From contig NC_079238.1 of assembly GCF_027921745.1 (NCBI RefSeq), positions 4,774,001 through 4,838,000 of the forward strand: 64,000 bases of DNA, written 5' to 3'. The position numbers and the translations under genes were made by a program. The notes under the pieces are model-generated. The model was not told the origin of the DNA, did no database searches, and worked only from the letters and a program-made list of their open reading frames with translations. This document shows positions 36,481 through 48,880 of the stretch, piece by piece. The stretch is from Schizosaccharomyces osmophilus (taxonomy: Eukaryota). How positions within the stretch are numbered: the stretch's first letter is position 1; the number at the start of each line of letters is the position of its first letter.

Positions 36481-36877
36481 TTAGACTTCGACCATTTCAC
36501 GAAGACGGCGAATAGTGGAGCGAGCACTAGTGGCAGCAGGAGTAGTGACAGTCCAAGCACCACCGGCCATAGCCTTACCACAAGCCTTACCGTGGCAGTT
36601 CCAGATGCCTATATATGTGTTAGTTGTTGTTTCCTCTAGGAAATTGTTTTAATTCAACCACGGCATCCGATTCAAAACAATGGTAAGCAGATTCGAATAG
36701 CCATGAGAAGGTTTACATACCAGCAGCAGAGCGTTTCACAGTGTTACGACCGCAGAAAGGGCATTGATAACGAGCATGTTGCTGAACCTCAATCTTGCGG
36801 ACGTCACGACGCAAAGAAGCACCATAACGAACGCCATATTTACCGGTCACACCAACCTTTTTAGTTCTCTTCGTCAT
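36481..36877 (-). CDS. rpl43: 60S ribosomal protein eL43 (L37a); exons 36877-36721, 36608-36481
   Basis: [52 protein letters not shown]; intron 36720-36609 (GTATGT..CTAAC..TAG). Confidence 0.97.
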
Positions 36878-36940
36878 CTTAGATGGATGTTTTGCGTTGG
36901 GTGAGTTTTCTGAAAGCTTGCAATTCTGGAATATGCAAAG

Positions 36941-36948
36941 TGTGACTG
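36941..36948 (-). promoter_or_regulatory. Homol-D box (CAGTCACA) of the rpl43 promoter
   Basis: Exact consensus about 64 bp upstream of the ATG; established core promoter element of fission-yeast ribosomal protein genes. Confidence 0.85.
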
Positions 36949-37658
36949 TTTTTTCTACAGTCAAAATTTCTTTACAGGTGACGATGTTACTCAAATAAAC
37001 AACGAATAAAAACTTGTGTCCAATTGCTTACGTGCTACTATGTAATATGCGCATATTGAAATGAATGAATGGAAAAGAAAGGTTGGAATTTTGAAACACT
37101 TTTCATTTTAAAGGAAAATATGGGTTTCAATTCTATGTGCTAAGAAAGGTTTCAACAGAAAGCAAAAACGATCCAGGCAATGTCTTGAATACCATTTGTT
37201 AGACTAATAGCAAGATCACAAAGAATGATTACTATGGTTGTGCTTTTGTAAAGAGCCATGAGACAAAAGAGAAGGAGTTGATGGATTACAATACATAGGA
37301 ACCCGAACCAACTAATAAAAAAGGAAGGAAATACATAGAGACATTGTTTCTGTGCAAAGCAATCTTTGCATCGTACAAACAAGCAATGATTGAATTTTAA
37401 AGGAGTGGAAATTCTCGAACATCTAGTGACCACGAACAATCCTTCAATAAGTAGGTCTGTGCGAGTCAAACCACTTAGCAAAACTTTTAGGGGAATACCA
37501 ACGGTGAATAGAAAAAAATAAATGTAAATATGTATGGGAAAAAATGAACGGACATAGACAGCGTTTAGATACAACTTTTCTTTTTTTGCTTGTTTTTTTG
37601 CTTATTAAAAAAGACAGACAATATAAAGGATAAATAATACAGAGGTTCATCGTTACGA

Positions 37659-39008
37659 TCAGTATTCCTCTTCCATGTAGTCAGCCTCCATCGAGTCCTG
37701 GCCAACTTCCTCATAATCACGTTCTAAAGCAGCAAGATCTTCACGTGCCTCAGAAAATTCACCTTCTTCCATACCTTCACCGACGTACCAGTGAACGAAA
37801 GCACGCTTGCTATACATAAGATCGAACTTGTGGTCCAAACGAGACCAGGCCTCAGCTATAGAAGTAGTGTTAGAAAGCATGCAAACAGCTCTGTCAACCT
37901 TTGCAATGTCACTTCCTTCAATATGTTGAGGAGGACGATCACAAATACCAATTTTAAAGCCGGTTGGACACCAGTCAACAAATTGAATGGTGCGCTTAGC
38001 CTTGATGCTCGTAACAGCAGATTGAACATCACGAGGAATTACATCACCACGGTAAAGCAAGCAAGTGGCCATGTAACGACCGGCACGAGGATCACACTTG
38101 ACCATTTGGTTGTAAGGTTCGAAGCATTGATTGGTAATATCTTGGACGGAGTGAGATTCGTGATAGGCCTTGACAGCGCTCACGATAGGGGCATAGGTGA
38201 CTAGTGGAAAATGAATTCGGGGATAAGGGACCAAGTTGGTTTGAAATTCAGCTAAATCGACGTTCAAGCTGCCTTCGAAGCGAAGAGAGGCTGTGATAGA
38301 AGATACGACTTGAGCAATCAAGCGATTCAAGTTCTCGTATGAAGGGCGCTCAATGTCGAGGTTTCTACGACAAATATCATAGCAAGACTCGTTGTCAACC
38401 ATGAAGGTACAGTCTGCCAAATCGAGGGTAGCATGAGTCGTCAAGACAGAATTGTAAGGCTCCACGACGGATGTACTTACTTGAGGAGCTGGGTATACTG
38501 AGAACTGAAGCTTAGACTTTTTGGTATATTCCATGGCCAAACGCTCGAGCAAAAGGGCTCCAAAGCCAGAACCAGTACCACCACCGAAAGAATGAAAAAC
38601 GAGGAAACCTTGGAGACCAGAGCAGTTGTCTGCGATACGACGGACTTTCTCGGTCACTTCATCTACCATTTCCTTTCCGACAGTGTAATGACCACGGGCA
38701 TAGTTATTGGAAGCGTCTTCCTTACCAGTAATTAATTGTTCAGGATGGAAAAGGTCCCGGTAGGGTCCAGTGCGCACTTCATCAATCACGTTGGGCTCCA
38801 AATCAACATAAATACTTCTAGGAATGTATTTTCCTTGACCTGTTTCTGTAAAGAAGGTAGAAAACCCATTGTCTTGGCTATCTGGGTTAGCTTCTGGAGC
38901 CATATAACCGTCTGGTTGGATTCCATGTTCCAAACAGTAAAGCTCCCAGCAAGCATTACCAATCTGAGTTCCTGCCTGACCAACGTGAATGGAAATGATC
39001 TCTCTCAT
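37659..39008 (-). CDS. atb2: Alpha-tubulin 2 (intronless)
   Basis: [21 protein letters not shown]-terminal EEEY; 449 aa, no intron, adjacent to rpl43 and brx1. Confidence 0.95.
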   Translation of the reverse strand: MREIISIHVGQAGTQIGNACWELYCLEHGIQPDGYMAPEANPDSQDNGFSTFFTETGQGKYIPRSIYVDLEPNVIDEVRTGPYRDLFHPEQLITGKEDASNNYARGHYTVGKEMVDEVTEKVRRIADNCSGLQGFLVFHSFGGGTGSGFGALLLERLAMEYTKKSKLQFSVYPAPQVSTSVVEPYNSVLTTHATLDLADCTFMVDNESCYDICRRNLDIERPSYENLNRLIAQVVSSITASLRFEGSLNVDLAEFQTNLVPYPRIHFPLVTYAPIVSAVKAYHESHSVQDITNQCFEPYNQMVKCDPRAGRYMATCLLYRGDVIPRDVQSAVTSIKAKRTIQFVDWCPTGFKIGICDRPPQHIEGSDIAKVDRAVCMLSNTTSIAEAWSRLDHKFDLMYSKRAFVHWYVGEGMEEGEFSEAREDLAALERDYEEVGQDSMEADYMEEEY

Positions 39009-39798
39009 CTCGTCTGTCTTCTGGGGTATTCTAACTGAATGCTAAAATGTTTGGTTTATGGCAGGTTTGCTGCTGTCATAAACCAAACAATGCCAAAATA
39101 GAGATGTCTATCATATTGCGGTATAGTCTCCAGCGAAATGCGCCAGTATCCATAGTAAACAAAAGGAATATATTATATTTGTGTCGGAAACTAGAATTGT
39201 TATCCTTATTTAAAGTCTGAAACTTTGTAAGAAGTCTTTGAAACTTGAAACTTGCAGATGGAAACAAAAAATTTGGGATATTTGGCTAAAAAGCACAATC
39301 CTAAGACTTCATGGACGCGACCAAACAAGAAGCAATTTCCCCTTAAGCTAAGTCCAGCTTTTTTATAGTTACAAGGCCATCTTTGGGATGATTTTTTTAT
39401 TTCTGGTCTTGTTTACTAAGCGACTAGTATACAGCACGAAAACCATTATAAAGACAAATGGTATATTACGGTAAAAATAATAGCGTACGGGTTAAGTTAC
39501 GAAAAGGGGACTAACGAAAGATAGCATCTGTCGTTAATTTCAACAAATTTGCATTTCCTAGAGAAAGAAAGTAAACTGGAACGTAAAAGCCTGCTCTACA
39601 GAATTGGCTCCTTTACTTGAGTATTTATATTTTCAAGCTTCTTATTCGGGTTGAAATTTTTTTTGTTTGTTACTATTTTTTGTCCGGTTGAATTTGACTT
39701 TGATTTGACCTTTTAAGAACGATTTTCTTCTTTTCTGTCCATTCCTTTGCCAAGGAAACAAGAACATATTTTTATAACAAAACTTTCATTAATTGAAT

Positions 39799-40680
39799 AT
39801 GAGTACCATTTATAAGCTTAAAACCAACGCATCTCGTGCTGGAGACGAAGAAGAAGAAGATGCCCATGCACCTGTCGTTACTACTAGAAAGCACTCTGAA
39901 GGCTTTGTTCCCGTTAAGCAAAAGGTCCTGATCCTGTCATCTCGTGGTGTAACTTATCGTCAACGCCATTTGCTTACAGATCTGATTAATATGATGCCAC
40001 ACACGAAGAAGGACAGCAAGTTCGAGTCTAAGGACCGTCTGTACGAGCTCAATGAGCTTGCTGACCTTTACAACTGTAACAATATCTACTTTTTTGAATC
40101 TCGTCGTCGCGAGGATCTTTATTTGCACATTGCGCGTGCTCCTAACGGACCTACTGTTAAATTTCACATCGAAAACTTGCATACAATGGACGAACTAAAC
40201 ATGACAGGAAATGCTTTGAAGGGTTCCCGTCCTATTCTCTCTTTTGACAAAACATTTGACTCTGCTCCTCATTTGAAGATTGTCAAAGAGCTTCTGCAAC
40301 AAACCCTTGGTATTCCAAAGGGTGCTCGTCGTAGCAAACCTTTCATTGACCGTGTTTGTACACTCACTGTTGCTGACAACAAGATTTGGTTCAGAAACTA
40401 CGAAATTCGCCAAAATGAGGATTCAGAGAAAGATCCTGTTACCTTGTTTGAAATTGGTCCTCGTTTTGTCATGACCATTATCAACATTATTGAAGGATCC
40501 TTCGGCGGTCCCGTTATCTTCAAAAATGACACCTTCGTCAGTGCAACCATGGCTCGTGCAGCTCTTCGTAAACAAACTGCTCAGCGCTATGTCAATCGTC
40601 AAGAAAACAAACTTGAGCACGCTGTTCGTGTCAAGCAAAATGAATACCCAGAAGATCCTTTGGAGAAGGTGTTTGCATAA
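39799..40680 (+). CDS. brx1: Brix-domain 60S biogenesis factor Brx1
   Basis: LILSSRGVTYRQRHL, PNGPTVKF, LKGSRPILSFD, EIGPRF; ATG at 39799. Confidence 0.95.
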   Translation: MSTIYKLKTNASRAGDEEEEDAHAPVVTTRKHSEGFVPVKQKVLILSSRGVTYRQRHLLTDLINMMPHTKKDSKFESKDRLYELNELADLYNCNNIYFFESRRREDLYLHIARAPNGPTVKFHIENLHTMDELNMTGNALKGSRPILSFDKTFDSAPHLKIVKELLQQTLGIPKGARRSKPFIDRVCTLTVADNKIWFRNYEIRQNEDSEKDPVTLFEIGPRFVMTIINIIEGSFGGPVIFKNDTFVSATMARAALRKQTAQRYVNRQENKLEHAVRVKQNEYPEDPLEKVFA

Positions 40681-40914
40681 TTTTAATTTCAATAACCTTA
40701 CTTTAAAATTCGGGAAACAGATTTATGGTTATTATATAGGTATAAGTACAATAGTCAGGTAAAAAAATAAAAAAATTTGGGTTTGAAGGTTGGCCATAAT
40801 CGATATTTTTAAAGGCTATAGTATTATAAAAATTTAAAGGTAGTAGCTGTTGTAATTTAAAGAGTGAGAGGAGATAAACAAAAAGTTTGTATGCAAAGTC
40901 ACTTAAATAGCTAT

Positions 40915-41805
40915 TTAAGAAGTACCGCGTTCCCAACGGATCCAATTTAAAATACTGCCGCCATTTAATAATTCCTGAATAGTCTTGGGCGACTGAGAAA
41001 TAGAAGGCAAAGATAGAAGCTCGTCGGTAGACTCCGGTGCTTGGGCAACAATTTCTTTTGCAACCAAGCCTGCTATTTCAGAATACTTATCTGATGCTTG
41101 TCGAACGAGTGCCATAGAAGCAATTCGTCCCAGTTGAGTAGAAGCTGTAGCTGTTGCTCCATGGGCATAAATGCCGATACGTGAATTGGGTTGTAAGGCA
41201 TTGAAGCCAAGGATTCTGTTAATGGTTACCTTTTCTCCAGTTAAAGACGTTGCTTTCAGCAAATAATCATTTAAAGTTCCGACGCTGCTATCCGACGCGG
41301 CAGAGTCTGTAGGGAGCGCCAAAGTCTTGTTTTGAAATATTGTGTTATAATTGGAATCATTCAAGAAAATGGTAGCTTCAGTCGATGGAATATGAGGAAG
41401 AAGAGAAGATGCAATAGTTCTAGAGAACTCTTGAAAAGATGCTGTTTGACTCACAAAATCAGATTCACAATTAACTTCGACCATAATTGCTTTCCTTCGA
41501 TCGGCTGACACACATTGAGAAATCCATCCTTGCTTAGCGATACGGTCTTTTGTTTTTTCTGCAATCTTTCCTCCGCGTTGCTGAATTTTCTTTGAGAGAA
41601 TCTCTCTTGCTTTTTCAAGGTTTCCGACACCTGCTTCTTCAACAGCCTGTTTTATTATATCTATAGAAGCAGTGTTTTCCATTCTGAGGGTTTTTATATT
41701 ACTCATTTTACCGCTCATCTTGCTGTATCCTCGCAGACGCATACCAGCTACAAAAGGTCTCTGAATCGCGCTAAGACGCTGGCGCATGATATTTAATCTT
41801 AACAT
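40915..41805 (-). CDS. tsf1: Mitochondrial elongation factor Ts
   Basis: Basic presequence, IKTLR..NLEKAREIL, MVEVNCESDFV signature, TGEKVTINR. Confidence 0.88.
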   Translation of the reverse strand: MLRLNIMRQRLSAIQRPFVAGMRLRGYSKMSGKMSNIKTLRMENTASIDIIKQAVEEAGVGNLEKAREILSKKIQQRGGKIAEKTKDRIAKQGWISQCVSADRRKAIMVEVNCESDFVSQTASFQEFSRTIASSLLPHIPSTEATIFLNDSNYNTIFQNKTLALPTDSAASDSSVGTLNDYLLKATSLTGEKVTINRILGFNALQPNSRIGIYAHGATATASTQLGRIASMALVRQASDKYSEIAGLVAKEIVAQAPESTDELLSLPSISQSPKTIQELLNGGSILNWIRWERGTS

Positions 41806-42311
41806 TTTTTATAGTGTCTATATAATAGAAAGAAGGACGGAAAGAGGATATCCAAGAAAGAGGTTGACACGGTGAGGTATAGGAAAGAATGCACAGGTGC
41901 AAGGACGAAGATAATGAGTCAAATGCTTTCCTTGAAAAAAGAAGTACTTCTACCTAAAATTAGATTAAATCTTTGGTTACAAAACATAAAATGAAAATAA
42001 TCGGTGTTTGACTGACTTTCAGACTACACATCTATCCACACTGCTCTATACGAGTTTGGAAGCCAAACTTTCCTTTTATTATAGAAAAAAAAGAGTAAAG
42101 TATAGTAGTTTAGTGTAAGGCCATCCTTTTTACTTCCTACCGACGCCGATAGCAATTGAGACTTTGCTGATTCACTCTCCTGCTCTTTCGAATCATAACA
42201 GAAAAATAATTTTAAATTCGAAACAAACATTAAGAAAGATTCTAAACCATTTATTTTTCGGTGTACAAAGGGTTAGCAATCCAAAGGTTTTTTTTTTCTG
42301 CCAAGAGCAAC

Positions 42312-43839
42312 ATGTTAGAGAGCAGCCCCATCATACAGGAAAATAGCCCTGTTTTCATCAAATTACCATCTGAGAATATTCGGTTTGTAACACTAAAGCC
42401 AAATAAGTAAGTAGGAGCTGAGAAACCTGTGCGTTTTGCAACAATTCCATGGTCTTCCAATTGGGTACTTAAGTTTTGTTTGAAGCCATGAAGGTTTATT
42501 TTTGCTTAACTTAAACAAAACTAACATAATTTCTAGTACAATTAGTCTTGGTAAATTTGGATCCTTCTGCACAGACGATTTATTTGGAAAGACCTACGAT
42601 GAAACATTTGAGATTTACGAGCCTAAAAAAATACGCGTGTTGAAAACTCGTGAAGTCCAAAGTTTGGAGGAGGAGAATAAGACCAATAAAGAATTAATGG
42701 ACTGTCGTAGCAATCAGCTCATGAGCCAAGATGAAATTGAAGAGCTACGAAAGCAAATTAAAGAAGGAGGACTTCGCGGCGAAGAAGCAATTCGTCAATT
42801 GACATCTAAAAGTTTAACTTTTGATCAAAAGACTCAGTATGCTCAAGCCAAATATGTAAATCGTAAGGGAGAAAAATACCTTCAACAGTTTCGAGCATTG
42901 AGACCTTGTCTTGAAACCGTGACCGAATATATGCTCGATCATGACCAGTATAAAATTATGGAGTTAACAGCTGACTGCTCCACTTACATGATGACATTAG
43001 GAAATGCTCAACCTGGAGGCAGATATCTTGTGGTCGACGAAACGGGCTGCCTCTTTCTGGGTTCCTTACTGGAACGCCTAGGTGGAGACTGTAAAGTTAC
43101 TTTAGTCCATCCCAATGAGCAACCGAACAGCTCTTGCTTGGAACTTTGGGGAAAAGAGTACACAGAAGAAAGCCTTGTCGAAAAAGGAATTCTACGGACT
43201 TTGAATTGGTTACAAGTTATTGGCCCAGAAGAAGCTTTGAAGGATATGCATGTGGATGATTGTACCGAGGAAGAGCTTAATGAAATGAAACTTCGCCATA
43301 AAAAGAGATATGAGAGTCGGAAAGCTTCCTATGCTCGTTTACAGTCTAGTCTTGAGGATTTTGAAAAAGGAAATTTTGATGCGTTATTTGTTTTAAGCAA
43401 TCATACACCAATGTCAGTATTAAATCTGCTTCTACCTAAAATTGGATCCTCTCGTCCTGTACTTGTTTATTCACCCTATCAACAAGTGCTAGTCGATACC
43501 CATCACGAGTTGTTCAAGTGGTCTAACCCATGTGAAGTAACAGAGACGAATAACGAAGACATAACTAACGATGAATCTTCTGAAAAACATGAGTTGCAGG
43601 ATACCCAAAACGCGTGGGTTGAAAAACTTATCATGTTGGATATCCATGAAATCCGTACTCGTCCTTACCAAGTTCTTCCAGAACGTACTCATCCATTTAT
43701 GAGTATTCGAGGAGACATGGGATATGTCTTGTCTGGGCTCAAGGTACTTTCTTCCGTATGCACCGTTGCCGCTGGCAGATTTCCCAAACGGCAAAAGCAA
43801 GGTGCTGGAAACAAGAAAAAAGCGAACACAAGAGTATAG
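42312..43839 (+). CDS. gcd10: tRNA m1A58 methyltransferase non-catalytic subunit Gcd10/Trm6; exons 42312-42406, 42537-43839
   Basis: FIKLPSEN..LKPNN|TISLGKFGSF, TFDQKTQYAQAKY, RPYQVLPERTHPFM; intron 42407-42536 (GTAAGT..CTAAC..TAG). Confidence 0.93.
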
Positions 43840-44389
43840 AAAATTTAGTTTTGTATAGACAATTTAGGTTCTTTTTGGTAATAGGTCATAATAAATGCTT
43901 GCTGTCCTTTTAATACGTTTTCCATGAATCTTTACTTCTGGTTATGAATTTTTTTTTTTTAAAAAAAAAGAATTAAATTGAAACACAGCCTGAATAATTT
44001 TCGCAAATGCTGTATAATTTAACAGTTGTGAAATACATCAAGAATGAGATGATTGTAATTTTTCAATGCCCGTGAAAGTGATTCGGAAAGCAAATATCCC
44101 ATCAAAGTTTTGTCTAATTATTTGGAAAAGTAAACGAAAGTCAAATACTTTTCATGGGCAATTCTTAGACTCTAGGCGAAATCTCATAGAAACATGGAAA
44201 GATGTTGAGGCCTATTAACAATGCTCTTTTGAAATCATTTTAACTTATTAAAACAAAAAATGACTATAAATTTTCATCTCATCTCCTATATGAAATTTGG
44301 TGTTCCCTTCCTCCACCCAGGACTGCCTTCGACGTTCAGAAGTTATACCTCTCAACCACAACGGTAGTTTCGTATTGAAAACTCTCTCA

Positions 44390-45865
44390 ATGACAGAATT
44401 TATTGGTTCTCGTATTAGTCTGATTAGTAAATCAGACATTCGGTAAGAGAAAAATCAGTACTTTATTTACTAATCGAATAGATATGTGGGTATCTTGCAA
44501 GATATCAACTCTCAAGATTCTACTCTTGCTTTAAAGCACGGTATGGATTACCACTATCATTCATTTAATAACAATTAGTTCGATGGTGTGGTACGGAAGG
44601 CAGGAAACAAGATCCATCTCAGGAAATTCCACCGTCCGAGAACGTGTTTGATTACATCGTCTTTCGTGGAAGCGATGTGAAAGATTTACGCATAGAGGAG
44701 CCAGCCAGCACTCCGGCGCCTCCTCCTGTTCAGCCTCCCAATGATCCTGCTATCGTAGGGGTATGTTCTTCATGTAGAGGTTTGGGGATATTTCTGTCGT
44801 ACACAGCGAGCCGCATTTTCAGATCCCTTGTCTTAAGAGAAACCTACCAATTTTCTAAGCTTTTCTTTGCTAATATTATCCTTATAGTCAAATAGTGGTC
44901 AGTTTGGCTGGAACCAACCTGGTGCCGGTCCAAATGGTCAGCCAATGCCGCCTAATCCTTACTACAACATGTACGGACCAAAGAATGGTGCTCCATACAA
45001 CCCTATGCCTGGTGCTTCTCCTTATTATATGTATGCAAATGCAGGAGGAGCTCCTTATGCTCCCTCGGGTGCTGCTCCTTTGGGAACTCCAATGGACGCT
45101 TCTACTCCTGCTGTACCCTACCATAATGGTCCCGTAGATCAGCAGCAAGCTTCCACTCGCCCAGATATGCCTCCACCTGGTGTCTCTCAGCTCCTTCCTG
45201 GCCAATCTCCTTTCATGTCCAGACCAGGATTTGATGTCCCGAGCCAGAAACCCATGACTCCAAACCTTCCTAATGCTGGTGCATCTATTGCGAATATACC
45301 TCCTACACAAGTTTCCGCTGCTCCTATTCCTTCTCCTTCTGTTAATCCTTTAGGATCTGGAAGTGCTACAACAATTACCTCCAACCAGCTTAACAATGAA
45401 GGTGATAGATCGATCAAGTCAGTTTCAGCAAGCAGCGAACGCTTCACTGATGCCGGAGACGCCGTCCAATCATCTCATCCAGTGACTGCCTCTGTCAGTG
45501 TTCCTAGAAACGAAAGAGGTGAATTTGATTTCCAATCTGCTAATGAAAAATTCCAAACTTTAAAGAGTGAGCTTGAAAATGAAGAAGATCAAATCCATCA
45601 AGACTTTTACAAACCGAGACAATCTTTCTTTGATGATATTAGCTGTGAAAGCAAGGAGAAAAGTATAGAAGCTTTAGACCGTCGCTCTTTACGCGACCGT
45701 GAACGCAACTTAAATTTGGAGACGTTTGGAGTCGCTTCTAGCGGAGGTCGAGGACGCCGTGGTCGAGGTCGCGGTCGCGGTCGTGGTCGTGGTCGTGGAG
45801 GATACTCAAGAGGTTATTATCAAAGATACAACGGGGCAAATTATGCTCCTAATGCCCAACAATAA
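44390..45865 (+). CDS. sum2: Scd6/Lsm14-family protein Sum2; exons 44390-44442, 44482-44540, 44579-44760, 44888-45865
   Basis: Lsm domain MTEFIGSRISLISKSDIRYVGIL..FDYIVFRGSDVKDL; FDF, FFD and TFG boxes; RG repeats. Three in-frame GT-AG introns of 39, 38 and 127 nt. Confidence 0.94.
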
Positions 45866-46449
45866 ACATTGTATATATGAATGCCAATATTCAGTCAAAT
45901 GAATAGTTTGGAAATTCACCTTATTGCTCTTCCCTTGCGGTACTTAAGACATGAAAAAAAAAGTTTTCTGTCAAATAGAATTGATTCTCTATCGATGTAA
46001 AAGATGTTTTGGAAATAATGAATAAAGAAAGTCAATTTAAAATTGTTATTGGGTGCTTTTTTTTTTTATTCCAATGAGTCAACGAAAAGGTATTCATCGA
46101 CAAATTTATTTAACCATGAATGAAGTTCATTTTGACCCTCTCTAAGATTTTATGAAAGACTCAGTTTCAGCGTAAACGAAATGCTTTCCTACTTTGCTAA
46201 TTACTCCTGATGAACGGAGGTAAAAATTTATCTTGTACATTGTTTATCTGTCACAGAAAAAGCAAAGAAAATCGTTTACAGTGAATTATTTTACTGTATC
46301 CGCTAAAGGACAGCAGTGATCTTTTTACTAGATTATTCAACCTGGGATATTGTAGACTGAAACATGAAATTGTTCCCAACTATAATTAACAATAGACTAG
46401 CGGCTGTTGAAAACAAGACGTAATTTTGAAACGCCTTTTAAAACATGGA

Positions 46450-46938
46450 TTAAAACAGAAAGGTGCCAGCAAAAGAGGAAAGTGCAGAACCGCACAATAA
46501 AGCGCTTCTTACCAAGCTCATGATACTCCACTTTTGAAGTAATTTTCGAAATGTATCTGTTGCTTCTTTGGACTTCAAAACTATATCAGGATTGATAGCA
46601 AGCAGTGACCCATTGGTGTTGCCCATGAATACTACGCTATAAAGAGGAATGAGTACACTAAGCGATCCTGAAATAAGGTACAGGTTAGAAGACAAGACAC
46701 TACGTGGTCGTTCCCAGTAGGCCAAACATCCTTGGATCAGCATATTTCCGGCAGCAATAAAAGGAAGAGTTCGTTTACCAAGCAAATAGACATACTTAAA
46801 TTGAGCGAGTCCTACGTCTGCGGGTGCTGATAATAGAACAGGAATTGACTGAGCAGAAATACTCAAAACGGCGCCAGCTTCCATGCTAGGAACCAGTATG
46901 CCAGCCGCTTGAAAAAGGTAAACTAAATTAAAATTCAT
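46450..46938 (-). CDS. DUF1772 / anthrone-oxygenase-like four-helix membrane protein
   Basis: 162 aa with four hydrophobic segments; IPLYSVVFMGNTNGSLL and LLQKWSIMSLVRS resemble the DUF1772 pattern PyT..m.ptN..L and l..W...n.vR. Confidence 0.75.
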   Translation of the reverse strand: MNFNLVYLFQAAGILVPSMEAGAVLSISAQSIPVLLSAPADVGLAQFKYVYLLGKRTLPFIAAGNMLIQGCLAYWERPRSVLSSNLYLISGSLSVLIPLYSVVFMGNTNGSLLAINPDIVLKSKEATDTFRKLLQKWSIMSLVRSALLCGSALSSFAGTFLF

Positions 46939-47428
46939 TTTCGATTACGAGATAAGGAGAAGGTAAATATACTTATTTGATGAAACTATATAAAATAATT
47001 CAAATGACGTTTCTCTAAGATTTATCGTTGAGATGATGTTGGATGGATAGAATCGAAGGAGGCCAGCTCTGTGTTCTCATCATTCTTACTTATGATTTTA
47101 AAACACATAAAAACAAAGAATTCAATTCAAAGCGTGTCATGGCAATTTATAAAGGTAACCAACCTAAAGCAAGTTATCATTTTTAACACACATTTCGTTT
47201 TGTTTACAGAATAACACACTTCAGCGCAATAATTTAGCAAATTACCCAAATCGGTATATTGTATAAGGAAATAGCTTGTAAAACACTATAGACAAATAGC
47301 AAGTTATCTAGTAACGCTTACATTTTCGGTAAATGCTCGCAAAGAAAAGTTTGATTCAGAGTGCGAGAACATGCTGGGAACGTTTACCTCTCCAAATCCA
47401 TTAAAAAGTAGCAAACTCAGCAATTGCC

Positions 47429-48880
47429 ATGTCAAAAAGAGCTGCGGAAGATACCCAAGATATTGAGGGTAAAAATGGCCCTGGAAGACGCGAGGCGGTT
47501 TCGGGGACCGTGGATACAGAAATGGGTAACTTTGAGGACGCATACGAAGACGAATTTGAAAGTGAAAACGAGTACCTAGAAGCTGATGGAAAGGAGGACA
47601 ATGAAATGGAAGAAGCTGATGAGGAAGAGGACGCTTCAGCTGCAAAGTCTGCCTGGTTACCAGGTGGTGTCATTAATGAAGGCGAACAATTGGTTGTCGA
47701 TCCTAGCGCCTACGATATGCTTCATAACATGCAAGTAAAATGGCCATTTTTGAGCTTGGATGTGATTCCTGACGCTCTGGGTGAAGAACGTCGTAGTTGG
47801 CCCCAAGAGATGTATTTGGCTGGAGGCTCGCAAGCAATCAATAACAGCGAAAACGAACTTACAGTGATGAAAGCCAGTCATTTATGTAGGACCAAACATG
47901 ATGCTGAAGATGATGAGGATTCTGATAATTCTGATGTTGAAGACGATCCTATTTTGGAGCATCGCTCTATACCCACCAAGGGAGCTTGCAACCGCATTCG
48001 AGCTTCGCCTATTTCAACGAATGATCCTCAAAAGAAGAGCTTTTTAGCTTCATTCCAAGAAACAGGAAAGGTCCACGTTTGGGATATCGCTCCTCATCTC
48101 CAATCTCTCAAGAGCCCCGGTAATTTGGTTTCCCGCAACCAAAACAACCCTGTACACACAGTGAATCAACACAAGACAGAAGGTTATGCTTTAGACTGGT
48201 CCCCTTTTGAGTACTCCTTACTTTCAGGAGATTGCGCCAACGAAATATACTTGACTCGTGCTACAAACGCTGGATGGCAGACTGAGTCATCTCCCTTTTT
48301 GGATCACACTGGAAGTGTGGAAGACATTCAATGGTCGCCTAACGAAAAGACTGTCTTTTCCAGTTGTAGTTGTGACGGAACGTTCCGTATCTGGGATGTC
48401 CGTAACCAAAAGAAGACTTCTGCCTTGACAGTCAACGCCCATCCCGGTGTCGATGTTAATGTCTTGAGTTGGAATCCTCGCGTGCCTTATTTGATGGCGA
48501 CTGGTGCCGACAATGGTGTCTTTAATGTGTGGGATCTCCGCTCTTTGAAATCCTCATCAGCTGTTGCCACACCTGTCGCATCCTTTAAATGGCACCAAGC
48601 TGCTGTCACTAGTATTGAGTGGCATCCCAAAGAAGAGTCTGTTGTGGCCGTTGCTGGTGCCGACGATCAACTTTCACTTTGGGACCTTTCTGTTGAATTG
48701 GATCCTGAAGAACAAGCTAGCCGTGCTTCTGAGGGCCTTCAGGATGTGCCTCCTCAACTCATGTTTGTGCATATGGGACAGTCAGCCATCAAAGAGCTTC
48801 ATTGGCATAAGCAAATCCCTGGTACCATTGTTTCTACTGCTCAAACGGGTTTGAACGTCTTCAAGACGATTACATTTTAA
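47429..48880 (+). CDS. rrb1: WD-repeat ribosome assembly chaperone Rrb1/GRWD1
   Basis: Acidic N-terminus, DPSAYDMLH..WPFLSLD, HKTEGYALDWS, SVEDIQWSP, VPPQLMFVH. Confidence 0.95.
   Translation: MSKRAAEDTQDIEGKNGPGRREAVSGTVDTEMGNFEDAYEDEFESENEYLEADGKEDNEMEEADEEEDASAAKSAWLPGGVINEGEQLVVDPSAYDMLHNMQVKWPFLSLDVIPDALGEERRSWPQEMYLAGGSQAINNSENELTVMKASHLCRTKHDAEDDEDSDNSDVEDDPILEHRSIPTKGACNRIRASPISTNDPQKKSFLASFQETGKVHVWDIAPHLQSLKSPGNLVSRNQNNPVHTVNQHKTEGYALDWSPFEYSLLSGDCANEIYLTRATNAGWQTESSPFLDHTGSVEDIQWSPNEKTVFSSCSCDGTFRIWDVRNQKKTSALTVNAHPGVDVNVLSWNPRVPYLMATGADNGVFNVWDLRSLKSSSAVATPVASFKWHQAAVTSIEWHPKEESVVAVAGADDQLSLWDLSVELDPEEQASRASEGLQDVPPQLMFVHMGQSAIKELHWHKQIPGTIVSTAQTGLNVFKTITF

Noticed and set aside
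43949..43969. T12-A9 self-complementary run (also T20 at 13417-13436)
   Set aside because: Simple homopolymer tracts typical of yeast intergenic DNA.
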